Shown in pieces: positions 56,151 to 64,000 of a stretch of 64,000 nucleotides of DNA; position 1 is the first letter of the stretch; the number at the start of each line of letters is the position of its first letter. The notes beneath the pieces were generated by a model. The model did no database searches, was not told the DNA's origin, and worked only from the letters and a program-made list of their open reading frames with translations. The position numbers and the translations under genes are program-made. The DNA is from an uncultured Bacilli bacterium (GTDB lineage Bacteria > Bacillota_I > Bacilli_A > RF39 > UBA660), in the NCBI GenBank assembly GCA_944359625.1, contig CALVSW010000001.1, forward strand, positions 29,192 through 93,191, in the 5' to 3' direction.

Positions 56151-59100
56151 GTGATTCTTTTGGATAATATTGAAGAAAAAATTAGTAAATTAATACGCCT
56201 TAAAGACTTTAAAGATGGTAAGAATATCAAAAAAGAAAATTGTCTATTAATTTTACAAGAAAAAAATGTTTGGCAATATACTGTTTATGATGATGAAAAC
56301 TTAGGATTTGGTTTTTATTCTTATAATGTCACTATTAATTGGTTAGATAAATTTAATTTTAAATGTAGTTGTAATTGTCGAAATTATAAAAAGTATAATT
56401 CTTGTTTACATATTGGAGCCATCCTTTGGCACTATCAAGATAGTTTATTTAAAGATAATGAATTAGAAGTAAGTGATTTATTTTTAAAAAAGTATAGCTG
56501 TTTATCTCCAGATATTAAACAAGAAATTAAATTAGAACTTTATTTCGAATTTAGTGAAAATAATATTAAATATTGGTTAAAAATAGGGATAAATCAATTT
56601 TATTTAATAAATGATAATAATAAGTTAAAAAAATTTAAAGAAGCTTATTATTTTAATAAAATATTTGAATTATCTAATACCTTTTTTTATAGTAATAGTA
56701 AATATTATTTTAATGACCAAACAAAAGAATTATTAAATTATTTATTTTTAAACGACGACTTATTTTTAAGTAAACAAGAATTTTTGGGATTAACTAGGTA
56801 TTTAACTAATATTAAGTTTTATATTATTAATTATGGTTATATAAATAATATATTCTATACTATTCCTACTAAATTTAATTTGACTTATAACTATAACTAC
56901 TATTATTTAACTTTAGAAGATTATAATAATTATCTTTTTGTAAATAATACTGATTTTTTAATTATATACAAAAATGATTTATACATTGTTCCTAATGAAT
57001 ATATAAATATAATTAACGATTTTCGCAATACTTTATTAAATAAAATATCTTTTAGTAATTTTAATATTTTTAAAAATGGATTATATAATAGTATTTATAA
57101 ATTGTTAAATATAGATAAAGAATGTAATAAGAAAATAAATAATAAACCAGTTGTATTAATATATTTAGATATAAAAAATAATAATATTTTATGTAAATTA
57201 GAATTTAAATATAATGAAATAAAATATCCTTACTTTAATAAAGAAAATTTAATAGAACGTGATTATCTTTTTGAAAATATAATTATTAAAGAGCTTTATA
57301 GTTATGGCTTTTTAAGTGTTAATAATAATTTGATTTTAAAAGATAATGATAAAATTGGTACTTTTTTAGAATATTATTTACCTAAACTAGTTAAAGTTTA
57401 TGAGGTATATATTAGTCAAAAATTAAATAAAATAAAAGTTATTAAAGATGTAAATATAAGTTCTTCATTTAAATTAAATAATAATAATTTAATAAGTTAC
57501 AATTTTAATGTAAATAATCTAGATATCTTAGAAATTAATAAAATAATAGAAAATTTAAAATTACATAAGAAATATTATCGTCTTAAAAATGGTGATTTAA
57601 TTAATCTTTTAAATAATAAAAATTTAAATAATTTTAATGAACTTTTAGATGATTTAAAAATAAAAAAATTATCTAGTAATAATATTAGTTTTCCTTTAAC
57701 TAAAGCTTTTTATCTTAACTCTTTAAAAAATAAAAAATATGATTTTTTAAATTACGATTCTAGTTTTAATGAATTTTTAAATAATTTTAATGAATATAAA
57801 AATGTGAATTTACAATTTAATAATGTTGATAATAAGCAATTAAGAAATTATCAGAAATTAGGTGTTAAATGGCTATATATTTTATATAAAACTCATTTAG
57901 GAGGAATATTAGCTGATGAAATGGGGTTAGGTAAAACATATGAAGCGATATGTTTTATAAAAGAAGTTTTAAAGGATAATAAAAATAGTAAGATTTTAAT
58001 AATTACCCCAACATCTTTAATTTATAATTGGGAAAAAGAATTAGTTAAATTTAGTCCAAATATTAAGTATTTAATTATTTACGATAATAAAATAAAGAGA
58101 AAAAAACTTTATGATTTTTATAATGATTATAATATTTTCATTACTTCTTATGGTTTAATTAGAAATGATAATGATTATTATTTAAATAAAAAATTTGATA
58201 TTTGTTTAATAGATGAAGCTCAAAATATTAAAAACTATTATACATTATTATCGAATAAAATAAAAAATATTAAAGCACATACTAAGATTGCTTTAACTGG
58301 TACTCCAATTGAAAATTCTATTTTAGACTTATGGAATATATTTGATTTTATATTACCTGGGTATTTAGGAAATTTAGATGATTTTATGATGAAATATCAT
58401 AATTTTAAAAACTTAGAAGAACTTAAAGTTTTAATAGGTCCCTTTATATTAAGAAGAACGAAAAAAGATGTTATTAAAGATCTACCTTCTAAGATAGAAA
58501 AAAATATTTATTTAGAATTAACTGATACTGCTAAAGCTCTTTATTTAAAAAATTTGAGTTTAACTAAAAAAGAATTAAATAATAGTAGTTCTAAAATTAA
58601 AATATTAGCACTTTTAATGAAATTAAGACAAATTTGTATAGACCCACATTTAATATATGATAATTATCCTGAAGAATCAGTAAAAATGCTTAAATTATTA
58701 GAAATAGTTAGATATTATGTAAAAAATAATCATAAAATTTTAATTTTTAGTAGTTTTAAATCTGTAATTGATAATGTGGAATTATTATTTAAAGAAAATA
58801 ATATTACTTCTTATAAAATAACTGGATCTGTAAAAAGTAATGAGAGAAATGAACTTGTTAATAATTTTAATAAAAATAATATTAATTGTTTTCTTATTAC
58901 TTTAAAAGCGGGTGGAGTGGGATTAAATTTAACTAGTGCTGATATTGTTATTCATCTTGATATTTGGTGGAATCCTCAAGTAGAAATCCAGGCAACAGAT
59001 CGAGCACATCGAATTGGTCAAACAAAGACTGTTACCGTTTTAAAACTTATAACTAGGGGTACCATTGAAGAAAATATTTTAAAATTACAAGAGCAAAAAT

Positions 59101-59195
59101 CTATCTTAAGTAATGAGTTAATAACTACAAATAATAATAATTTGTTTAATTTAAGTAAAGAGGACATAAAAACATTGCTTTCGACTAATTTTTAA
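56151..59195 (+). CDS. SNF2-family helicase with N-terminal SWIM zinc finger
   Basis: SWIM CSCNCRNYKKYNSCLHIGAIL. SNF2 motifs LRNYQKLGVKWL, ILADEMGLGKT, IDEAQNIKN, LTGTPIEN, LKAGGVGLNLTSAD, WWNPQVEIQATDRAHRIGQ. GTG start assumed. Confidence 0.88.
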   Translation: MILLDNIEEKISKLIRLKDFKDGKNIKKENCLLILQEKNVWQYTVYDDENLGFGFYSYNVTINWLDKFNFKCSCNCRNYKKYNSCLHIGAILWHYQDSLFKDNELEVSDLFLKKYSCLSPDIKQEIKLELYFEFSENNIKYWLKIGINQFYLINDNNKLKKFKEAYYFNKIFELSNTFFYSNSKYYFNDQTKELLNYLFLNDDLFLSKQEFLGLTRYLTNIKFYIINYGYINNIFYTIPTKFNLTYNYNYYYLTLEDYNNYLFVNNTDFLIIYKNDLYIVPNEYINIINDFRNTLLNKISFSNFNIFKNGLYNSIYKLLNIDKECNKKINNKPVVLIYLDIKNNNILCKLEFKYNEIKYPYFNKENLIERDYLFENIIIKELYSYGFLSVNNNLILKDNDKIGTFLEYYLPKLVKVYEVYISQKLNKIKVIKDVNISSSFKLNNNNLISYNFNVNNLDILEINKIIENLKLHKKYYRLKNGDLINLLNNKNLNNFNELLDDLKIKKLSSNNISFPLTKAFYLNSLKNKKYDFLNYDSSFNEFLNNFNEYKNVNLQFNNVDNKQLRNYQKLGVKWLYILYKTHLGGILADEMGLGKTYEAICFIKEVLKDNKNSKILIITPTSLIYNWEKELVKFSPNIKYLIIYDNKIKRKKLYDFYNDYNIFITSYGLIRNDNDYYLNKKFDICLIDEAQNIKNYYTLLSNKIKNIKAHTKIALTGTPIENSILDLWNIFDFILPGYLGNLDDFMMKYHNFKNLEELKVLIGPFILRRTKKDVIKDLPSKIEKNIYLELTDTAKALYLKNLSLTKKELNNSSSKIKILALLMKLRQICIDPHLIYDNYPEESVKMLKLLEIVRYYVKNNHKILIFSSFKSVIDNVELLFKENNITSYKITGSVKSNERNELVNNFNKNNINCFLITLKAGGVGLNLTSADIVIHLDIWWNPQVEIQATDRAHRIGQTKTVTVLKLITRGTIEENILKLQEQKSILSNELITTNNNNLFNLSKEDIKTLLSTNF

Positions 59196-59872
59196 GCAAT
59201 GTTTCTATCAGTATTATCTAAATCTTTATCAATCAATAATTCATGGATTTCTTCTTCCATGTTACCTAAATGGATATCTTCGATTCGATCAACACGTGAT
59301 CTTTCAGAAATTAAAATACTATTTAGTGTGATAGTAGCCTCATCTAAATTATCATTAACTATAACATAGTTATATTTTGTTATTTCATTTATTTCTTTAT
59401 ATGCAGTTGTAAATCTCTTGATTATTTTATCTTTATTTTCCGTATTACGACTTATTAATCTTCTTTTTAATTCTTTCATTGATGGTGGCAAGATGAAAAT
59501 ACAAATTGTATCTGGTATTAATTCTTTAACATTAATGGCACCCTCTATTTCGATTACAAGTATAACATCGATTCCTGCATTTAACTTTTCCATTATATGT
59601 GATTTAGGAGTCCCATAATAAAAGCCATTATAATTTGTATATTCTAAAAGATTACCATCTTCAATATTTTTTAAAAATTCTTCTTTACTTATAAAATAGT
59701 AATCAATGTTATCTTTTTCTCCTGGTCTTTTTTCTCTAGTAGTCATTGAAATTGATTCCCAAAAATTATTATTATATTTATGTAAGTTAGCAACAATTGA
59801 ATTTTTTCCGGATCCTGATGGCCCACTTACTACTATTAAATTGCCTTGTGTTTTTTCCTTTAAAATTCCCAT
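59192..59872 (-). CDS. gmk: Guanylate kinase
   Basis: VVSGPSGSGKNSI, SMTTREKRPGEKDNIDYYFISKEEF, LLEYTNYNGFYYGT. The 3' end overlaps the convergent SNF2 gene by 4 nt. Confidence 0.85.
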   Translation of the reverse strand: MGILKEKTQGNLIVVSGPSGSGKNSIVANLHKYNNNFWESISMTTREKRPGEKDNIDYYFISKEEFLKNIEDGNLLEYTNYNGFYYGTPKSHIMEKLNAGIDVILVIEIEGAINVKELIPDTICIFILPPSMKELKRRLISRNTENKDKIIKRFTTAYKEINEITKYNYVIVNDNLDEATITLNSILISERSRVDRIEDIHLGNMEEEIHELLIDKDLDNTDRNIA

Positions 59873-59948
59873 AAATACCTCCTTAAAAAGTTGGAATAAT
59901 TATATCATACTTAATTGATTTATGATATAATTTTTTTATGGAGGTAAG

Positions 59949-60206
59949 ATGACTAAACAAGTAATTTGGACAAAGCATGTTTTAGAAGCTTTTATTAAAG
60001 AAGCAAATTTAAATCCCCGTCAAGAGTATATTATTCGTACTCGAGCTCAAGGGTATCGTATTGCAAAACAAGCAGATGAACTTCATTTAAGTATTGATCA
60101 AGTAAATAAAGAAATAGCTTTATTAAAAAAGATTTATGATATCACACAAGAACATAGCAAAATATTGCCAAAACGTGTTAAAAAGAAGAGTGAATTAAAA
60201 AAATGA
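59949..60206 (+). CDS. Small putative HTH DNA-binding protein (sigma-70 region-4-like)
   Basis: 85 aa. LNPRQEYIIRTRAQGYRIAKQADELHLSIDQVNKEIALLKKIY resembles a region-4/LuxR-type HTH. RBS ggagg upstream. Confidence 0.45.
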   Translation: MTKQVIWTKHVLEAFIKEANLNPRQEYIIRTRAQGYRIAKQADELHLSIDQVNKEIALLKKIYDITQEHSKILPKRVKKKSELKK

Positions 60207-60473
60207 TCACAGAAATATTACATATTTATTACATTAATAGTTATATATATTTTACATTTTTGCGATTATAAATTATGAGATAATAAAAGAATAGAAAGGG
60301 TTTATGATGCACAAATTAAATTGGTATAATAATTTAGAAGTTGAAATAGGGGTAAAAAACTTATATAAAGAATATAATGCAAAAGCAGTTTATTTAAATA
60401 CATTTAAATAAATTTTTTTTGCTTTAAAATATTTACATTTTATGATATTCTTATTAAGAAGATAGGTGATAAG

Positions 60474-62231
60474 ATGTTTGGCAAAATTTTAAAAGTATTA
60501 GATAATAGTGTTTTTGTACAAAATATTTCAAATAAAGCAGAGACTGGTTTAATAGGATATCATGTAAATTTTATAGAAGGAAATAAAAATATTGTTGGGG
60601 AAATAATTAATTTAGATGAAAAAGAAATAGAAATTAATCTTCTAGGAGAAATAGTGGGCAATATGTTTGTTGCGGGAGCTTTAAGAAAACCATCTACAAA
60701 ATCAAGTTGTCGTATAATAACAAAAAACGAACTTGAATATATTTTGGGAAAACAAAATTTTAGTAATAAAGAAAATGTTTATGTTGGTGAATCAAGTATT
60801 TATCCGGGTTTTAAAGTAACTGCAAATTTAAACGAATTATTTGGTAGTCATTTTGCCGTTTTAGGAAATTCTGGTTCAGGAAAATCTTGCTCAGTATCAA
60901 GAATTTTGCAAAACATATTTTATTATAACGATGAAGGAATGCCAGTAAATTCCCATTTTGTTATTTTTGATGTTTTTGGTGAGTATCGTAGTGCTTTAGA
61001 AGGTATTAATAATTTGCCTAATATGGGATTTAAAAGTTATACAACCGAAATAAGCAATATTGACAATAATTTAATTAATATCCCAGCTTACTTTTTGGGC
61101 GTTGATGATTTAGCTTTACTTTTAGATGTAGATGATCCAACACTTTTACCAGTTTTGGAAAACACTTTACGTTTGACATATGTTTTAACTGGTAAAGGTG
61201 AAAGTAATGTCGTTTATAAAAATCGAATTATAGCTAATACCTTAATGGATATTTTATCTAGTGGACGTAATTCTAATCAAGTACGTGATCAAATTATTGC
61301 TACTTTAACTAAATATAATACCGTGGAGTTAAATTTAGATACTGTAATCCATCAACCAGGTTATGATAGAACGTTAAGACAATGTTTAAATATTGATAAT
61401 CAAGGAAAGATAAATGCTATTGGTCTAGTAATAGATTTTTTAGGAACTTTTGCTGATTTTGATATGAATAAATTAGATATTACTAAAAATTTCGTTTATA
61501 CTTTAGACGATTTAGCTTATGCATTAGATTTTTCCTTAGTTAATGAAGGTGTTCTAAGTTCTAATATGCAGTTTGAAAAACTTAATAAATTAAAAGTAAG
61601 ATTAGATTCAATAATCAATAGTGATTATAAAAAGTTTTTTGAATTTACAGATGTTATTAGTAAAAATGAATATGTTGAAAAGTTTTTTACTACTGAACGT
61701 GGAACAAAAGCTCAAGTTGTAAACATGAATTTTAATTATGTTGATGATCGCATGGTAAAGACATTAACAAAGATTTATGCCAAATTGTTTTTTGACTATG
61801 TAACTAATTTAGAAAATAGAGCAAGTTTTCCAATTCATTTGATTTTGGAAGAAGCACATCGTTATGTAAGTAGCGATAGTGATATTAAAGTTTTAGGATA
61901 TAATATTTTTGATCGAATTACAAAAGAAGGGCGTAAATATGGGGTAATTTTAGGCTTAATTACGCAGCGACCTAGTGAACTATCTACTACATCATTATCT
62001 CAATGTGCTAATTTTATTGTTTTAAAATTATATTATCCTGATGATTTAAATATTATTAAAAGTATAACTTCTAATGTAAGTGGCCAGACTTTAGATAAAA
62101 TTAAAAGTTTACGTCCAGGTATGGCTTTATGTTTTGGTAATGCCTTTAAAATTCCTTTAATCGTTGAATTACCATTACCAGATCCAATGCCTAAATCAAC
62201 ATCCGTAGATATAAGTAAAACTTGGTATTGA
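60474..62231 (+). CDS. HerA/FtsK-superfamily ATPase (DUF87/COG0433-like) with N-terminal HAS-barrel-like domain
   Basis: N-terminal beta-barrel-like FGKILKVLDNSVFVQ...GYHVNFIEGNKNIVGEIINLDEKEIEINLLGEI. Walker A FAVLGNSGSGKSCSV. Walker B PIHLILEEAHRYV. GVILGLITQRPSELS. Confidence 0.8.
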   Translation: MFGKILKVLDNSVFVQNISNKAETGLIGYHVNFIEGNKNIVGEIINLDEKEIEINLLGEIVGNMFVAGALRKPSTKSSCRIITKNELEYILGKQNFSNKENVYVGESSIYPGFKVTANLNELFGSHFAVLGNSGSGKSCSVSRILQNIFYYNDEGMPVNSHFVIFDVFGEYRSALEGINNLPNMGFKSYTTEISNIDNNLINIPAYFLGVDDLALLLDVDDPTLLPVLENTLRLTYVLTGKGESNVVYKNRIIANTLMDILSSGRNSNQVRDQIIATLTKYNTVELNLDTVIHQPGYDRTLRQCLNIDNQGKINAIGLVIDFLGTFADFDMNKLDITKNFVYTLDDLAYALDFSLVNEGVLSSNMQFEKLNKLKVRLDSIINSDYKKFFEFTDVISKNEYVEKFFTTERGTKAQVVNMNFNYVDDRMVKTLTKIYAKLFFDYVTNLENRASFPIHLILEEAHRYVSSDSDIKVLGYNIFDRITKEGRKYGVILGLITQRPSELSTTSLSQCANFIVLKLYYPDDLNIIKSITSNVSGQTLDKIKSLRPGMALCFGNAFKIPLIVELPLPDPMPKSTSVDISKTWY

Positions 62232-62236
62232 TTTTT

Positions 62237-62285
62237 AAATAAACTGTAAATAGTATTCATTGATATTTACAGTTTATTTATTTTA
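62237..62285 (+). terminator. Strong rho-independent terminator after the HerA-like gene
   Basis: Perfect 16-bp stem aaataaactgtaaata / tatttacagtttattt followed by aTTTT. Confidence 0.8.
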
Positions 62286-62355
62286 CAAAAAAGCATTTTT
62301 TTCTTTACATTAAAACAAATGTATAATATAATTTAGCTATATAATAGGTGGTTTT

Positions 62356-62715
62356 ATGAATAGAAATAAGATTATAATTGAAAATTGTCCAAATTTTTAT
62401 AAAATTATTAATTTTGATTATTTTGAAGGAGACTACTTTACTATTAATTTAATTAATGTCTATAGGAAGTTTATCTTTCAAGTAGATGAAATTAATGAAG
62501 AAAATTTGGCTAAGATTCGTAAAGTTGATATGATTTTAGCTAGATATATTGATGATTATGTTTTTCGTAAAGAAATGAAATATGAATTACTACAAGTTGA
62601 TATTAAACAAAAATCTTCTAATTTATTAGAAAACTTAATAAATAGTTTAATAGGGGTTTTTGAAAAATTTGAAGAAGGCCAAACTCGTAGTATTTATATC
62701 GCATGTTGGATATAG
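62356..62715 (+). CDS. Hypothetical protein
   Basis: 119 aa. RBS aggtgg upstream. Terminator agtgaga-att-tctcact plus T6 overlaps its stop. Confidence 0.5.
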   Translation: MNRNKIIIENCPNFYKIINFDYFEGDYFTINLINVYRKFIFQVDEINEENLAKIRKVDMILARYIDDYVFRKEMKYELLQVDIKQKSSNLLENLINSLIGVFEKFEEGQTRSIYIACWI

Positions 62716-62817
62716 TGAGAATTTCTCACTTTTTTTAAATTAAAAAAGGAATTCGTTTACAAATAAATAATAAGTATACTAGAAAGTTAATTAGCTTTCT
62801 TAGAATGGGTGGTTTTG

Positions 62818-64000
62818 GTGTCTAATTATATTAAATACTTATTATTTATTATTTTATTATTTACTATAAATGCAAGTAAAACATTAGCAATATCATTTAA
62901 GGAAGGCAATTATATAAGTAATGCTTATATAAATCGTGTAAATGAAGATGGATATGGATTGTATAGTCAAATACGCTTTATAATTAATGAAGATAATAAT
63001 AAAGTTTTGTATTGTTTAGAACCTTTTAGAACATTTATTAGTAATAAAAATTATGATTTATATACAAATAATTATCATGATGTTTTAAATATAAGTTTAG
63101 ATACTTGGTTAAAAATTGAAGCATATGCTTACTTCGGTTATCTTTATGAAAATCATACAGATGAGATTTGGTATGCAGTTACGCAATTACTTATTTGGAG
63201 GACTTTGAATCCTAGTGTTGATATTTATTTTACAGATAAAATTAATGGGAAACGAACTAATAAGTATGATTCATTAATTCAAGAGTTAGATATGTTAGTA
63301 AATACGTATTTAGCTAAACCTGGTTTTGATACTGATATTGAGCTAAATCTTGGGGATAAACTTACTTTTAATCTTGAGGGATATTCCATTTTAGAAGATG
63401 ATAATTTAAAAGTTAATAATGGTTATTTAATCATAAATGCTAATACAAAGTTAGATAAAGAATATACTTTATATAAAGGCGGTACAGGTGTAAATGAATT
63501 ATATATTTCTAAAGATTCTCAAAATATTTTTGCTTCTTTAGGCTTAAGTTTATTGACTACTAATTTACATTTGAAAGTGAATTCAGGAAACATTACTGTT
63601 AATTTTACTAAAGAAGAGGGAATCTATTCTAGTTGTGTTAGTAGTCAAGAAAATATTTTTGGACTTTATGATATAGAAAATAATTTAATTAAAAAAATAA
63701 ATGTTGATTACATTGATGCTTTTCAGAGTGAACAATTGCCATATGGTAAATATTATTTAAAACAAATATCTAATAGTTGTGATATTAAGAAAGATATGAA
63801 TAAGCATGAAATAGAAATTAATAAAGAAAATGAAATTCCATTTATAAATATAAATTTAGAAAAAGTTAAAAGTCTTATTACAATTAATAAAAAATATGTT
63901 GACAATGAAGAATATTATCCTGAAGGTGATGCAGAATTTATTATTTTTGATAAAAACAGATCTTTTTCTTTAAAAACTGATGAAAATGGTATTGCAAAGA
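62818..64000 (+). CDS. Surface adhesin with N-terminal thioester (TED) domain followed by SpaA/prealbumin-like fold repeats. Partial: runs off the 3' end of the window.
   Basis: Not in the supplied ORF track because it has no stop in the window. I translated from GTG 62818 and found the frame open to nt 64000. Signal peptide YLLFIILLFTINASKTLA. Cys in VLYCLEP (63013-63015) and Gln in AVTQLLIW (63184-63186) match the Cys-Gln thioester motif ([YF]C..., TQxxIW). Later FGLYD...QLPYGKYYLKQ is SpaA-like. Confidence 0.7.
   Translation, partial: MSNYIKYLLFIILLFTINASKTLAISFKEGNYISNAYINRVNEDGYGLYSQIRFIINEDNNKVLYCLEPFRTFISNKNYDLYTNNYHDVLNISLDTWLKIEAYAYFGYLYENHTDEIWYAVTQLLIWRTLNPSVDIYFTDKINGKRTNKYDSLIQELDMLVNTYLAKPGFDTDIELNLGDKLTFNLEGYSILEDDNLKVNNGYLIINANTKLDKEYTLYKGGTGVNELYISKDSQNIFASLGLSLLTTNLHLKVNSGNITVNFTKEEGIYSSCVSSQENIFGLYDIENNLIKKINVDYIDAFQSEQLPYGKYYLKQISNSCDIKKDMNKHEIEINKENEIPFININLEKVKSLITINKKYVDNEEYYPEGDAEFIIFDKNRSFSLKTDENGIAK

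Noticed and set aside
59418-59918. Two + strand ORFs (59418-59618, 59706-59918) overlapping gmk
   Set aside because: They are antisense to a gene with clear guanylate-kinase motifs. They have no RBS and no recognisable motifs.
60229-60440. Repeated TTACAT motifs in the HerA upstream region, also seen at about 44786-44805 downstream of the RT
   Set aside because: The hexamer is short, AT-rich and resembles generic -35-like sequence. Its spacing is irregular. There is insufficient evidence for a specific regulator binding site.
1-64000. Prophage, IS element, ICE, CRISPR-Cas or restriction-modification loci
   Set aside because: No integrase, transposase, recombinase, capsid, terminase, Cas or methyltransferase-endonuclease pair motifs were seen in any listed ORF. 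The only mobile-element-like item is the retron.

Overview
The window is a very AT-rich (judged by eye, not computed) stretch of chromosome from a low-GC, spore-forming Firmicute-like bacterium. Nearly all genes are on the + strand. The backbone is housekeeping: alaS (3' part), dus, leuS, rdgB, PFOR (nifJ-like), pyk, pcrA, spoIIGA-sigE, tmcAL, lysS, der, spoVIF-like, thrS, gmk, tRNA-Gly(GCC), and two T-box leaders (Leu and Thr).

Several accessory or unusual features are embedded in this backbone:
1. A complete-looking retron at about 43.6-44.8 kb, with promoter, msr/msd-like ncRNA and retron-type RT. No recognisable effector sits in its operon. It lies next to a frameshifted ABC exporter and a 3.9-kb segmental duplication.
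2. A tandem pair of large SF2 helicase genes at 21.2-27.6 kb. They carry 5 versus 7 'helicase-associated (HA)' domain repeats, share an approximately 1.2-kb block that matched at every stretch compared, and have small translationally coupled ORFs.
3. A LeuRS carrying a perfect Nudix-box domain inserted after the editing domain.
4. A PnuC transporter fused to a nucleoside-deoxyribosyltransferase-like domain.
5. A monocistronic HerA/FtsK-type ATPase at 60.5-62.2 kb, next to a thioester-domain adhesin.
6. A dockerin-tagged peptidoglycan hydrolase, followed by a membrane-anchored Ig/cadherin-like protein.

I found no rRNA, CRISPR array, transposase, integrase or phage structural genes. All domain calls come from motif recognition by eye and need HMM or structure searches to confirm.
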